In this document: positions 39,901-49,383 of the stretch, piece after piece
Layout of the letters: every line of letters starts with the position of its first letter
Position numbering within the stretch: the first letter of the stretch is position 1
Assembly: GCA_963716175.1 (NCBI GenBank)
Contig: OY970296.1
Span: forward strand, 2,656,001 to 2,720,000
Direction: 5' to 3'
DNA from: an uncultured Armatimonadetes bacterium
GTDB lineage: Bacteria; Armatimonadota; Hebobacteria; Hebobacterales; Hebobacteraceae
Length of the DNA: 64,000 bases
The notes under the pieces: model-generated
What the model was told of the DNA's origin: nothing
Database searches by the model: none
The model's input: the letters and a program-made list of their open reading frames with translations, nothing else
Made by a program: the position numbers and the translations under genes

Positions 39901-40141
39901 CCGAACACTCCTCGCAGGTCGGCTCGGTTCTGCCCCGCCAGGCCGCGCGCGACCGCACACTGTATTCTACCCCGCGTTCCGCGCAGTTTCCTCCCTGCGG
40001 CAAGCAGAGTGGCCGCGACCGGTGAGTTGCCATCCCCGCGAGGGCGGGGCTGGGTGTTGCAGGATGGGTGGCAACAGGGCAGAAGTCGAAGCACGACGCG
40101 CGAGTAGTGCACGAATCGGCGCAGCCACGAGGATGAAGACC

Positions 40142-41392
40142 ATGCCTATTGCTGACGGACGAGCGCTGCGAGTGGAAGTCGAGAGTGCGGTGAACGCAGC
40201 CAAGGTGACTGATGTCCACACCCACCTCTACCCGGCCAGCTTCGGCGAGCTGCTGCTCTGGGGGATAGACGATCTGCTGACTTACCACTACCTGATCGCG
40301 GAGACGTCTCGGTGGATAGACATGCCGTACGCGGATTTCTGGGGCCTCAGCAAGCAGGAGCAGGCGGAACTCATCTGGCGCACGCTCTTCCTGGAGAACT
40401 CGCCCTACGCCGAATCCTGCCGCGGCGTGCTCACCGCGCTAAACAGGCTCGGGCTGGATACCGGCACCCGCGATCTCGCTGCCTACCGGCGCTATTTCGC
40501 GGGCCTGACCCGAGAGCAGTATGTGGACCAAGTGTTCGCAGTCGCCGGGGTGAAAGAGGTGGTCATGACTAACGACCCCTTCGACGACGCGGAGCGCCAG
40601 GTCTGGCTGCAAGCCCCCCCCAGCGACTCTCGCTTCAAGTCGGCGCTGCGCCTCGACCCCTTGCTCAATGCCTGGGATCAGAGCTGGACGAAGCTGAAGG
40701 GCTGGGGATATGGGGTAGGGGAGGAGTTGAACGCGGCGGCTCAGCAGGAGGTCCGCAGGTTCCTCACGGAGTGGGCGCGCCGAATTGAGGCAGTTTACCT
40801 CGCGGTGTCACTGCCGCCGACCTTCGACTACCCGGAGGACTCGACCCGCGGCTTGCTGATCAGGGAATGTGTTCTCCCCGTCTGCCAGGAGCTCAACGTC
40901 CCCCTCGCCATGATGATCGGGGTGAAGAAGCTGCTCAACCCGGAGTTGCGTCTGGCCGGGGACGGGGTGGGAAAGGCGCGCATCGAAGCCGTGGAACGCT
41001 TGTGCGTCGCACACCCGAGGAACAAGTTTATGGTCACCATGCTGTCCCGGGAGAACCAGCACGAGCTGTGCGTGGCCGCGCGCAAGTTCCGCAATCTGCT
41101 GGTCTTCGGGTGCTGGTGGTTTCTGAACAACCCCAGCCTGGTGGCAGAGATCACGCGCATGCGCTTCGAGCTGCTCGGCCCCAGCGTGGTCCCGCAGCAC
41201 TCCGATGCCCGGGTGCTCGATCAACTGATCTACAAATGGGAGCACTCCCGCAGGATCATCGCCGACGTGCTCTACGACAAGTACCAAGACCTGCTGGCCA
41301 CCGGCTGGCGAATCGAGCCGGCCGAGATCCAGCGGGATGTCGAGAAGCTCTTCGGCGGCAACTTCCGGAGTTTCCTCAGCAAGACCCTCTGA
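40142..41392 (+). CDS. uxaC: Uronate (glucuronate) isomerase, Bacillus halodurans Bh0493-like type
   Basis: DVHTHL, LLTYHYL, MTNDPF, GCWWF, HSDARVLDQLIYKW. Confidence 0.85.
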   Translation: MPIADGRALRVEVESAVNAAKVTDVHTHLYPASFGELLLWGIDDLLTYHYLIAETSRWIDMPYADFWGLSKQEQAELIWRTLFLENSPYAESCRGVLTALNRLGLDTGTRDLAAYRRYFAGLTREQYVDQVFAVAGVKEVVMTNDPFDDAERQVWLQAPPSDSRFKSALRLDPLLNAWDQSWTKLKGWGYGVGEELNAAAQQEVRRFLTEWARRIEAVYLAVSLPPTFDYPEDSTRGLLIRECVLPVCQELNVPLAMMIGVKKLLNPELRLAGDGVGKARIEAVERLCVAHPRNKFMVTMLSRENQHELCVAARKFRNLLVFGCWWFLNNPSLVAEITRMRFELLGPSVVPQHSDARVLDQLIYKWEHSRRIIADVLYDKYQDLLATGWRIEPAEIQRDVEKLFGGNFRSFLSKTL

Positions 41393-41681
41393 CTCGACTC
41401 GGAGGCCCATGGGCCTGTGGGCCCCTGGGTTCAGTGGCCGTCACGGGTAGGACGGAGAACAGGCTCCTGCCTCCGGGCAGATCGCCCTGCCTGGCCCAAT
41501 CTGACGACACGACGGCCGCTTTGTCGTGTGAAACCACCATGAGTGTGCATCTCCGGTACGGAATCGGTGCAATAATGTTCCCACTCTCTCTGTCCGGAGC
41601 AGGGCCTTCGGAACCCAGGGCGAGTGGGCCCGGCGGGTCCGACACGAGAGCGGCGATCACTCGATGCAGTGACAGGGAGCT

Positions 41682-42998
41682 ATGGGACGTTTGGCGCCTA
41701 TCGCACCGGAAACCACGGCATTCGTCTTCCTCTCCTTCGAAGGTCCAGACCGTTATTCGATGGCTGGGGGACTGGGCACCCGGATCACCCACCTTACCCA
41801 AGCGCTCGCCCATGCCGGCTATGAGACCCACCTCTGCTTCGTGGGAGACCCCGAGGCGCCGGGCGAGGAACACTGCGAAGACGGGCGGCTGGTGCTGCAT
41901 CGCTGGTGCCAATGGATCAGCAGGTACTACCCGCTTGGGGTCTATCAGGGTGAGGAGGGGAAGCGCTACGACTTCACGGACATGATCCCTCACTACATCG
42001 CCGACACCCTGATGCCACATCTCCTCTCAGCGGGCAAGCAGGTGGTGATCCAGGGAGAGGAGTGGCAGACGGCCGAGGCCCTCTGCGCCGCCTCGGACCT
42101 GCTGCACTGGCGGGGCCTGCGGGATCGTGCCTTCTTCGCCTGGAACGCCAACAACGATAACGGGTTCGAGCGCGTTAACTGGGGGAGGCTCTCCTATGTG
42201 GCGCTGCTCACCACCGTCAGCCGCTACATGAAGCATCGCATGTGGCAGGAAGGCGTGGACCCCGTGGTGATCGGTAACGGCATCGCGGAGTCCATGCTGG
42301 AGGCGCCTGCGCCCGAGGCGGCCGAGGCCCTGCGCCGGGCCCTCCATGGTGACACCTTGCTGTTCAAGGTGGCGCGCTTCGACCCGGACAAGCGCTGGGA
42401 CATGGCCCTGGGGGCGGTGGCCGAGATGCGCCGGCGGGGCCGCCGGCCCACCCTGTTGATGAGGGGAGGAGCCGAGCCCCACGGCGCCGAGGTGCTGGCG
42501 CGGGCGGCCCAGCAGGGCCTGCGGGTGTCACCGGTATGGCGGAACGGCGCGGACGGCGAGAGCACGGAGGCATATCTGGCGGCGATTGCGCAGGCGGATG
42601 GCGCGGATGTGATTGACCTGCGTTTCTTCCTGCCCGACAACCTGGTGCGGCTGGGATACCGCGCTGCAGACGCGGTGCTGGCGAACAGCGGGCACGAGCC
42701 CTTCGGCCTGGTGGGCCTGGAGGCGATGGCGGCCGGGGGCATTGCCTTCACTGGGGCTACCGGGGAAGAGTACGCCCGGCATCTCGAGAACGCAGTTGTG
42801 CTCCAGACCAGCGACCCCCGCGAGATTGTCTACTACCTGGAATGGCTGCGCGCTAAGCCGGAGGTGAGCGCCGCGCTGAGAGCGGAGGGGCGGCGGACCG
42901 CTGAACGGCACACCTGGCCCAAGGTCATCACACAGTTGATGGCCGCGCTGGAGTGCGGCTTGTCCGATCGCTTCCCATCTTCTGAGGCGGCACCCTAG
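41682..42998 (+). CDS. Glycosyltransferase family 4
   Basis: SFEGPD..AGGLG, RFDPDKRW, HEPFGLVGLEAM. Confidence 0.88.
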   Translation: MGRLAPIAPETTAFVFLSFEGPDRYSMAGGLGTRITHLTQALAHAGYETHLCFVGDPEAPGEEHCEDGRLVLHRWCQWISRYYPLGVYQGEEGKRYDFTDMIPHYIADTLMPHLLSAGKQVVIQGEEWQTAEALCAASDLLHWRGLRDRAFFAWNANNDNGFERVNWGRLSYVALLTTVSRYMKHRMWQEGVDPVVIGNGIAESMLEAPAPEAAEALRRALHGDTLLFKVARFDPDKRWDMALGAVAEMRRRGRRPTLLMRGGAEPHGAEVLARAAQQGLRVSPVWRNGADGESTEAYLAAIAQADGADVIDLRFFLPDNLVRLGYRAADAVLANSGHEPFGLVGLEAMAAGGIAFTGATGEEYARHLENAVVLQTSDPREIVYYLEWLRAKPEVSAALRAEGRRTAERHTWPKVITQLMAALECGLSDRFPSSEAAP

Positions 42999-44176
42999 TG
43001 GCTCAAGCGTTCGTCCTCTACACCGCGATACACGAGCCTGTGCCGCTTCGCCTACCTTCGGTGCCGCCGCCTGCGGCAGCAAGGCCGGAGGACCTGGAGC
43101 GGTGCATCTTCGACCTGCGCGCGGCCGAGCTGGCCTTCCGCGAGGTGATCGCGCCGGCCTACGGCCCTGCCTTGCGGGAGACCTGCGCCCTGGCTGAGCG
43201 GGGAGTGTCGCTCTCGGTATCGGTCTCTGCTGCTTTCATGGAGATGAGCCGGCGCTGGAGCCCGGAGCTGGTGAGGCCCACCCGCCGCCTGCTGCGCGCC
43301 GCTTGCGTCGAGCCGGTGGCGTCTGATCCGCAGGGCGGCCTGCTCTTCGCCTTCGACATCGAGCGCTTCATGCGCAACCTGGCGAGAGCGCGGGAGGCAT
43401 TGGGGAGGTTGGCGAGACGGCCGGTGACTGCAGCCGAGGTGAGCGGCTTCTGCCTCAACCACGAGATCTATCACGCCTTTCGCCAGCTTGGCTTCGCCGC
43501 CGCGGCCGCGGAAGGGGAGGACCGCGCTACCCAGGGGCGCCATCCCTGCCATTCCGCGCGCTGGGGAGAGGGCCCTCTCATTGCTTACCGGCTGCAGTGG
43601 CTCTCGGATGAGCTGCGCTACCAGCTGCGGAGTGGAGGGCATGACCCGGGCAAGCTCGCCCACACCATTGCCAGCTTGCCCGGCGAGGTGGCGCTGGTGT
43701 CCTTTGACTTCGACTCTCTCGCCTTCGGCACGGGTGGCGCGGCGCGCGCTGCGGGCCTGCTGGGCGCTCTGGCCGAGGCCTGCATCGAGCGCGAGTGCGA
43801 GCCCCTCAACCTGAGCGAGGCGGCGCTGCGATTTGCCTCCCGCGCGGTGGAGCACGCCCCGCCGGTCACCACCGTTGTCTCTGGGTTGTCCATCGAAGAC
43901 CTGGGGCGGGACGGCTGGGTTGAAAGGCTGCTTTTCGGGCGGATGCAGCAGGCCTACCAGATCAGCCGGCTGGTCGAGGGCCGTGGTGTGCGCCGCGTCG
44001 GGGAGTGGCTGCTGCAGAGGACCAACCTCTCGCTGCCCCGCCTGGCGGTGGATGGAGAGGGCCGCCCCCCCAGCTACTGGCGCACGCGCTGGTGGCAGAC
44101 CAATCCCAGTTACGACGACACCGCCGAGCAGACGCTGGCGGTTTACGATAACTTCATCCGCGCCGCGAGTGGCTAG
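42998..44176 (+). CDS. GH57-like protein with degenerate catalytic motifs
   Basis: Colinear paralog of 48048-49349; HEP for HQP, EVSGF for TTEM, FDFDSL for WDFETF. Confidence 0.7.
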   Translation: MAQAFVLYTAIHEPVPLRLPSVPPPAAARPEDLERCIFDLRAAELAFREVIAPAYGPALRETCALAERGVSLSVSVSAAFMEMSRRWSPELVRPTRRLLRAACVEPVASDPQGGLLFAFDIERFMRNLARAREALGRLARRPVTAAEVSGFCLNHEIYHAFRQLGFAAAAAEGEDRATQGRHPCHSARWGEGPLIAYRLQWLSDELRYQLRSGGHDPGKLAHTIASLPGEVALVSFDFDSLAFGTGGAARAAGLLGALAEACIERECEPLNLSEAALRFASRAVEHAPPVTTVVSGLSIEDLGRDGWVERLLFGRMQQAYQISRLVEGRGVRRVGEWLLQRTNLSLPRLAVDGEGRPPSYWRTRWWQTNPSYDDTAEQTLAVYDNFIRAASG

Positions 44177-44225
44177 GCCCGCCTGCGGCGGGCCGCCATG
44201 GCGGTTGCTGCTGGCGACCTAGCCA
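44170..44225. repeat. CTAG-type composite palindromic element
   Basis: TGGCTAGG...CCTAGCCA ends, two internal hairpins; contains the stop codon of the upstream gene. Confidence 0.65.
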
Positions 44226-44252
44226 CCGGCACGCACGGGGGGAGGTATTCGC

Positions 44253-45410
44253 GTGAAAGTCGCTATGCTGAGCTGGGAATCGCTGCACTCGATCCCGGTA
44301 GGAGGAATGGCAGCCCATGTCACGGAGCTGGCGGCCTCCCTCGAGCGCAAGGGGCACGAAGTGCACGTGTTCACGCGCATGGGCAACAACCAGCCGCACT
44401 ACGACCGCGTTGACGGGGTGCACTACCACCGCTGCCCGGTCGATCCAAACCGGGATTTCGTGGAGGAGACACTCAACTTCTGCCGTTCCCTCACCCACCA
44501 CGTCCTCGCCACCGAGGATTACATCGGGCCCTTCGATCTGGTTCACGGGCACGATTGGCTCACCGGCCCCGCGCTGACCTGGATCAAGCGGGGCCGGGGA
44601 CGGCGCACCGCCTGGACCGTGCACGCTACCGAGTACGGCCGCTGCGGCAATCGTTTCTTCGGGGGCAACTCCGAGCGCATCCGCGGCATCGAGCGGGAGA
44701 CCGGGTGGGTGGCGGACCGGGTGCTGGCGGTGTCCAACGCCATCCGGGGCGAGGTGATGTGGATGTACGAGTTCCCGGATGACAAGATCCGGGTGGTCTA
44801 CAATGGCGTCAGCCCCCACAAGTGGGGCCGCTGGCTCGACCCCGGCGCGGTGAAGCGGCGCTATGGCATCGGGCCCCTGGAGCCGACCGTGCTCTACACC
44901 GGGCGCATGGCCTACCAGAAAGGACCGGATCTGCTGGCGGAGGCGGTGCCGATGGTGCTCGACAGCTACCGCAACGCCAAGTTCATCTTCGTGGGGGATG
45001 GCGATATGCGCGGGCACGTGGAGGGGCGGGCCCGCCACAACGGCGGCGGGGGCGCCTCGCGCTTTCTCGGCTACATCTCCGAGGACGAGCTGATCAACCT
45101 CTACAACGCCTGCGACGTGGTGTGCGTGCCCTCCCGGAACGAGCCCTTCGGCATCGTGGTGCTGGAGGCCTGGTCGGCCGGCAAGCCGGTGGTGGTGACC
45201 CACAGCGGCGGCCCCGATGAGTTCGTCTGGCACGACGTCAACGGCTACTTGGTCTACCAGAACCCCCAATCCATCGCCTGGGGATTGGGGACGATGATGA
45301 GGGACTGGGATCACGCCCGCTGGATGGGGCACAACGGCCGCATCTCGGTCGAGACCGCTTTTCACTGGGACCGGATCGCAGACCAGACTCTGGGGGCCTA
45401 CTGGAACTAG
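44253..45410 (+). CDS. Glycosyltransferase family 4 (alpha-glucan synthesis type)
   Basis: SWE...GG, HGHDW, HATEYGR, GRMAYQKG, EPFGIVVLEAW. Confidence 0.92.
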   Translation: MKVAMLSWESLHSIPVGGMAAHVTELAASLERKGHEVHVFTRMGNNQPHYDRVDGVHYHRCPVDPNRDFVEETLNFCRSLTHHVLATEDYIGPFDLVHGHDWLTGPALTWIKRGRGRRTAWTVHATEYGRCGNRFFGGNSERIRGIERETGWVADRVLAVSNAIRGEVMWMYEFPDDKIRVVYNGVSPHKWGRWLDPGAVKRRYGIGPLEPTVLYTGRMAYQKGPDLLAEAVPMVLDSYRNAKFIFVGDGDMRGHVEGRARHNGGGGASRFLGYISEDELINLYNACDVVCVPSRNEPFGIVVLEAWSAGKPVVVTHSGGPDEFVWHDVNGYLVYQNPQSIAWGLGTMMRDWDHARWMGHNGRISVETAFHWDRIADQTLGAYWN

Positions 45411-45412
45411 CC

Positions 45413-46605
45413 ATGCCCAGACTCTACCACGCTCTTGGCTTCCACATGCACCAGCCGCCGGGAAACCTGGAGCTGCTCTGGCGCCACCACGAGTGGGAGG
45501 CGCGGCAGATCGCGCTCTGCTATCAACGGCCTCTCAAGTACGCCCAGCGTTTCGCCGGGTCGGGACGCTTCCATGTGGATTTCTCTGGCATCTTGCTCGA
45601 GCAATTCCTCGACCCGGTGATCCAGAACCTCTATCGGGAAGTGGTGGACTTCGAAGCTATGCTCGCTGGCTATCGCGAGACGGAGAACATCGAGCTGCTC
45701 TCCACCGGATACTACCACCCGATCTTCCCACTCATCCCCGAGCACGATTGGCCGGACCAGCTCCAGCGCTCCATTGACCAGATGGTGCGGGTCTTCGGCC
45801 GCCGCCCGCGAGGCTTCTGGCCCCCGGAGATGGCCTTCTCCATGGAGTTGATCCCGGCCTTGGCGAAGGCTGGGTTCGAGTACGTGGTGGTGGACAATGT
45901 GCATGTGATGCCGGAGGAGGACGCCGACCAGGAGGACGCGGCCACCCAGCCCTATCGCGCCAGCCATCTGGGGGAGGAGATAGTGGTGATCCCGCGCCAC
46001 CGCGACCTATCGAACGCCCAGGAAAGCGGGCTGTCTCCCTCCTGGCTAGCCGACCAGATCGCGCAGCGCGCCGGCCGCGTGCAGAGCCCGGCCCTGTTCA
46101 CCACCTGGTCTGACGGTGAGAACGGAGGTTGGTTCCGCCAGATGGCGGAGGAGGCCGGGTTCTGGGGTCATTTCTACGCTCCCTACATGGAGCAGGTGGA
46201 GGCCGGAAGCTTTCCCTCCGGCCCACCTTGATCAGCGAATACCTGGCCCAGCATCCTGCCCAGCGGGTGGCGGAGGTGAGGACAGGAGCCTGGAATGTCG
46301 GCACCACAGGCGGATTCGATTTCTCGCAGTGGGCGGGCAGCCCGACACAGAAGGCCGCCCTAGAAGAGGTGTGGCAGACCAGCCTGCACTACCATCACCT
46401 GGCGCGGAAGCTGGAATCTCTGCGCCAGCAGGGCAAAGCCTCGGAGGAAGCCGGGGTTCTGCTTCGGTCGGCGCGGGAGTCGCTGCTGCAGGCCGAGACC
46501 TCCTGCTACTTCTTCTGGGGCGATAGCTGGACACCGAAGGCGCGGGAGCATGTGAGGCGCGCCGAGCAGGCGCTGCAAAGGGCGCGGGAACTGGTGAGCG
46601 CATGA
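45413..46605 (+). CDS. Glycoside hydrolase family 57; frameshifted at about 46214
   Basis: HMHQP, YYHPI, FWPPEM, WSDGEN; C-terminal AETSCYFFW in ORF 46129-46605. Confidence 0.82.
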
Positions 46606-46615
46606 GGAGTCTGCG

Positions 46616-47827
46616 GTGAGAATCGCACTCATATCCTGGGAGAGTCTGGGGGGCCCGGCCTGGACGGAGGTGGCGCAGCTGGTGAGCGAGACCGCGCTCG
46701 CCCTCTCCGCCCGTGGCCCCGAGGTCCATGTCTTCACCGGCCGGGGCCCCGGGCAGTCGGCGGACGCCGAGCTCGACGGGGTGCGCTACCACCGCTGCGC
46801 GCACGACCCCGATGCCGACCCCTACGAAGAGACGGTCAACTTCGGGCGGGCGGTGCTTCACCGGATCGGCAAGGTGGAGCCAAGCGGCCGCTTCGGGGTG
46901 GTGCACGGGTTCGAGTGGCCCGCCGCCGGCGTGCTCGGGGAGTTGCGCCGGGAGGGCGGCCGGGTGACGGCATGGTCGTTCCTTCACCCCCACCAGGACT
47001 GGCGGCCCCCACTCTGGCTGCTCGCTCAGCCGGATTCCGAGTCCCGCTGGAGCTACAGCCCGGATGATTTCGCGGACCGGGTGATCGCGCCCTCCTCGCC
47101 GGCGAGGGCCGAGTTTCTGGACCGCTGGAGCATGCCTGCGGAACGCGTCGAGGTGGTTCATCCCGGCGTCAACCCGGGCTGGCCTGGCAACCCGGTGGAC
47201 CCGGCCCGGGTGAAAGCAGGCTACGGCTTCGACGTCCTCGACCCAGTGCTGCTCTTCATCGGCGCGCTCACCCCGAAAGCCCGCCCAGGCTTGCTGCTGG
47301 AGGCGATGCCGCTCGTGCTCGATCAGCACCCGAAGGCGAGAGTGGTGTTCGCGGGGGAGGGCGAGCTGGCCGGGTTCCTGGCCGACCGCGCGCGGGTGCT
47401 GGGGATCGAGTCCGCGGTGCGCCTGCCCGGGGAGCTGCCGGCCTCGGAGCTGGCGAAGCTCTGTCGCTCCTGCGATGTGGTATGTCTGCCCCAGCGCTCG
47501 CAGGCCCTGCACTCGCCCGTGCTCCAGGCCTGGTCGGCGAGCAAACCCGTGGTGATCACACGATCTCACTCCGCGGCCGCTTTCGTCTGGCCCGAGATCA
47601 CCGGCTATCTGGCCGACGAGTCGGGCGAGGGATTGGCGGCCGCCCTGCTGTGGATGTTCTCCGATTTCGATCGCTGCCGCTGGATGGGGGAGAACGGCCG
47701 GCGGGCGGTGGAGGACGCCTTCGGCTGGCCGGCCATCGCGGCTCATCTGCTGGATTGCTACCGGCGGGCGGCGGCGGAGGGGAGGCTGAGCACGGCCCTG
47801 GACCTGCCCACGGGAGGACGAGCATGA
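46616..47827 (+). CDS. GT4-like protein with degenerate catalytic motifs
   Basis: Colinear paralog of 44253-45410; QALHSPVLQAW replaces EPFGIVVLEAW. Confidence 0.78.
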   Translation: MRIALISWESLGGPAWTEVAQLVSETALALSARGPEVHVFTGRGPGQSADAELDGVRYHRCAHDPDADPYEETVNFGRAVLHRIGKVEPSGRFGVVHGFEWPAAGVLGELRREGGRVTAWSFLHPHQDWRPPLWLLAQPDSESRWSYSPDDFADRVIAPSSPARAEFLDRWSMPAERVEVVHPGVNPGWPGNPVDPARVKAGYGFDVLDPVLLFIGALTPKARPGLLLEAMPLVLDQHPKARVVFAGEGELAGFLADRARVLGIESAVRLPGELPASELAKLCRSCDVVCLPQRSQALHSPVLQAWSASKPVVITRSHSAAAFVWPEITGYLADESGEGLAAALLWMFSDFDRCRWMGENGRRAVEDAFGWPAIAAHLLDCYRRAAAEGRLSTALDLPTGGRA

Positions 47828-48042
47828 AATGCTGGTTCTGCGAGAGTGAAGCGCGGGGAACCTGCGCCGCCTGTGGGCGGGGCCTGTGCCATCAGCACGC
47901 TCACATTCACGACGAATTCACCATCGCCAAGAGCGATACCAGCACCGGCTACACCAGCTACTACAACGTCTACGGCGCACTCAAGTGCCAGGACTGCCGC
48001 CTCGAGTGGAAGCATCACATCCCGGAGAGGCAACAGGGGTAG
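47824..48042 (+). CDS. Small Cys/His zinc-binding protein (B-box-like)
   Basis: MKCWFC...CAACGRGLCHQH...CQDC; GGAGG RBS; ATGA overlap. Confidence 0.75.
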   Translation: MKCWFCESEARGTCAACGRGLCHQHAHIHDEFTIAKSDTSTGYTSYYNVYGALKCQDCRLEWKHHIPERQQG

Positions 48043-48047
48043 GCCGC

Positions 48048-49349
48048 ATGCCAGAGGCCGCCGTCATCTATGCTGTTGTCCACCAGCCGCGGCGACCGCG
48101 GCTGCCGGCCGCGCCCCTGTCCCCCGACCTCTCCCCGGCCGAGCTGGCCGATGCCATCTTCGACGAGCCGCTGAACCGCCGCTATTTCCGCAAGGTGGCT
48201 CGCTACTGCTACCACCCCGCGGTAGAGGAGTTCCAGTCGCACCTGGAAGCCGGGCTGAAGCTCAACCTGGGCTTCTCCTTCTCTTTCCTGCGCCAGGCCC
48301 AGGCTTGGGACCCGGGCCTGGTGGACAAGCTCCGCCGCCTGGTCTCCCATCCCAATGTCGAGCTGATCGGCGTCGAGCCCTACCACTCGTTTCTGTTCTG
48401 GCTCGACCTGGAGCACTTCCGCCAGCGCATGGCCTGGATGAGGGAGGCGCTGGGGGACTTCTTCGGCAAGCGGCCGCTGATCACCGACACCACGGAGATG
48501 ATCGTCGCCAACGAGATCTACGTCGCGCTGGAGTCGCTGGGTTTCCACGGCGTGCTGGCGGAGGGTCGTCGCCAGCTGCTGGAGTGGCGCTCACCGGCCT
48601 ATCTCTATCGGCCGCCAGGGCACACGCTCTGGCTGCTGCCTCGCCACAACGCCCTGAGCGATGACGTCGGGTATCGCTTTTCCAACAAGCAGTGGGACGG
48701 CTATCCGCTCCGTGCCAGCACTTACGCGCGTTGGGTGCGGGACACCGGGGGAGACTTCGCGCTGCTGGGCTGGGACTTCGAGACCTTCGGCGAGCACCAC
48801 AACGTGGACAGCGGCATCTTCGAGTTCCTCCGCTGGCTGCCGGGCGAGCTGAGATACCACGGCGTGACCACCCTGGGCGCCAGCGAAGCCCTGGCGCGGT
48901 TCGGCGATCGGGCGCACGAGCTGGAGCTGCCGGTCCCCGCCACCACCTGGGCGGGCAAGGGCGACATGTCGTTCTTCCTGGGCAACCCGGTGCAGCAGGA
49001 GCTGTTTCACCTCATGCGCCACGCCTACCAACTGGCCGTGCTGAGCGGCGACCCGGAGCTGCTGGACATCGCGCTCTGGCTCTGTCAGTCGGACAACCTG
49101 CACGTGTTGGAGTGGTACGAGGAGTTCAGCTCGGAGGCGGAGGTGGCCGCCTACTTCACGGCTGACGAGTGGTGGCGGCTCGGCCACGAGCGGCTGCCGC
49201 GCGAGCTGCGCCAGGTCTACGAGAACTTCATCCTCGCGGTCTCGGCGCGGCTGGCGAAGCGGCCCGCGGAGAGCCGACTCACCGCCGAGGAGGCGGCCCC
49301 CGAGCTATTCCGGGCAGCGGCCGCCCAGGCCTCGTTCGCGTTGCGCTAG
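48048..49349 (+). CDS. Glycoside hydrolase family 57 (alpha-amylase-like)
   Basis: VHQP, PYHS, DTTEM, LSDDVGYRFS, WDFETFGEH, QSDNLH. Confidence 0.9.
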   Translation: MPEAAVIYAVVHQPRRPRLPAAPLSPDLSPAELADAIFDEPLNRRYFRKVARYCYHPAVEEFQSHLEAGLKLNLGFSFSFLRQAQAWDPGLVDKLRRLVSHPNVELIGVEPYHSFLFWLDLEHFRQRMAWMREALGDFFGKRPLITDTTEMIVANEIYVALESLGFHGVLAEGRRQLLEWRSPAYLYRPPGHTLWLLPRHNALSDDVGYRFSNKQWDGYPLRASTYARWVRDTGGDFALLGWDFETFGEHHNVDSGIFEFLRWLPGELRYHGVTTLGASEALARFGDRAHELELPVPATTWAGKGDMSFFLGNPVQQELFHLMRHAYQLAVLSGDPELLDIALWLCQSDNLHVLEWYEEFSSEAEVAAYFTADEWWRLGHERLPRELRQVYENFILAVSARLAKRPAESRLTAEEAAPELFRAAAAQASFALR

Positions 49350-49383
49350 GCCGGCCCAGTCCATCTCCTGCGGAGGCAGACCT

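Noticed and set aside
46205-46231. Programmed ribosomal frameshift in the GH57 gene
   Set aside because: No canonical slippery heptamer; three similar indels elsewhere favour assembly error
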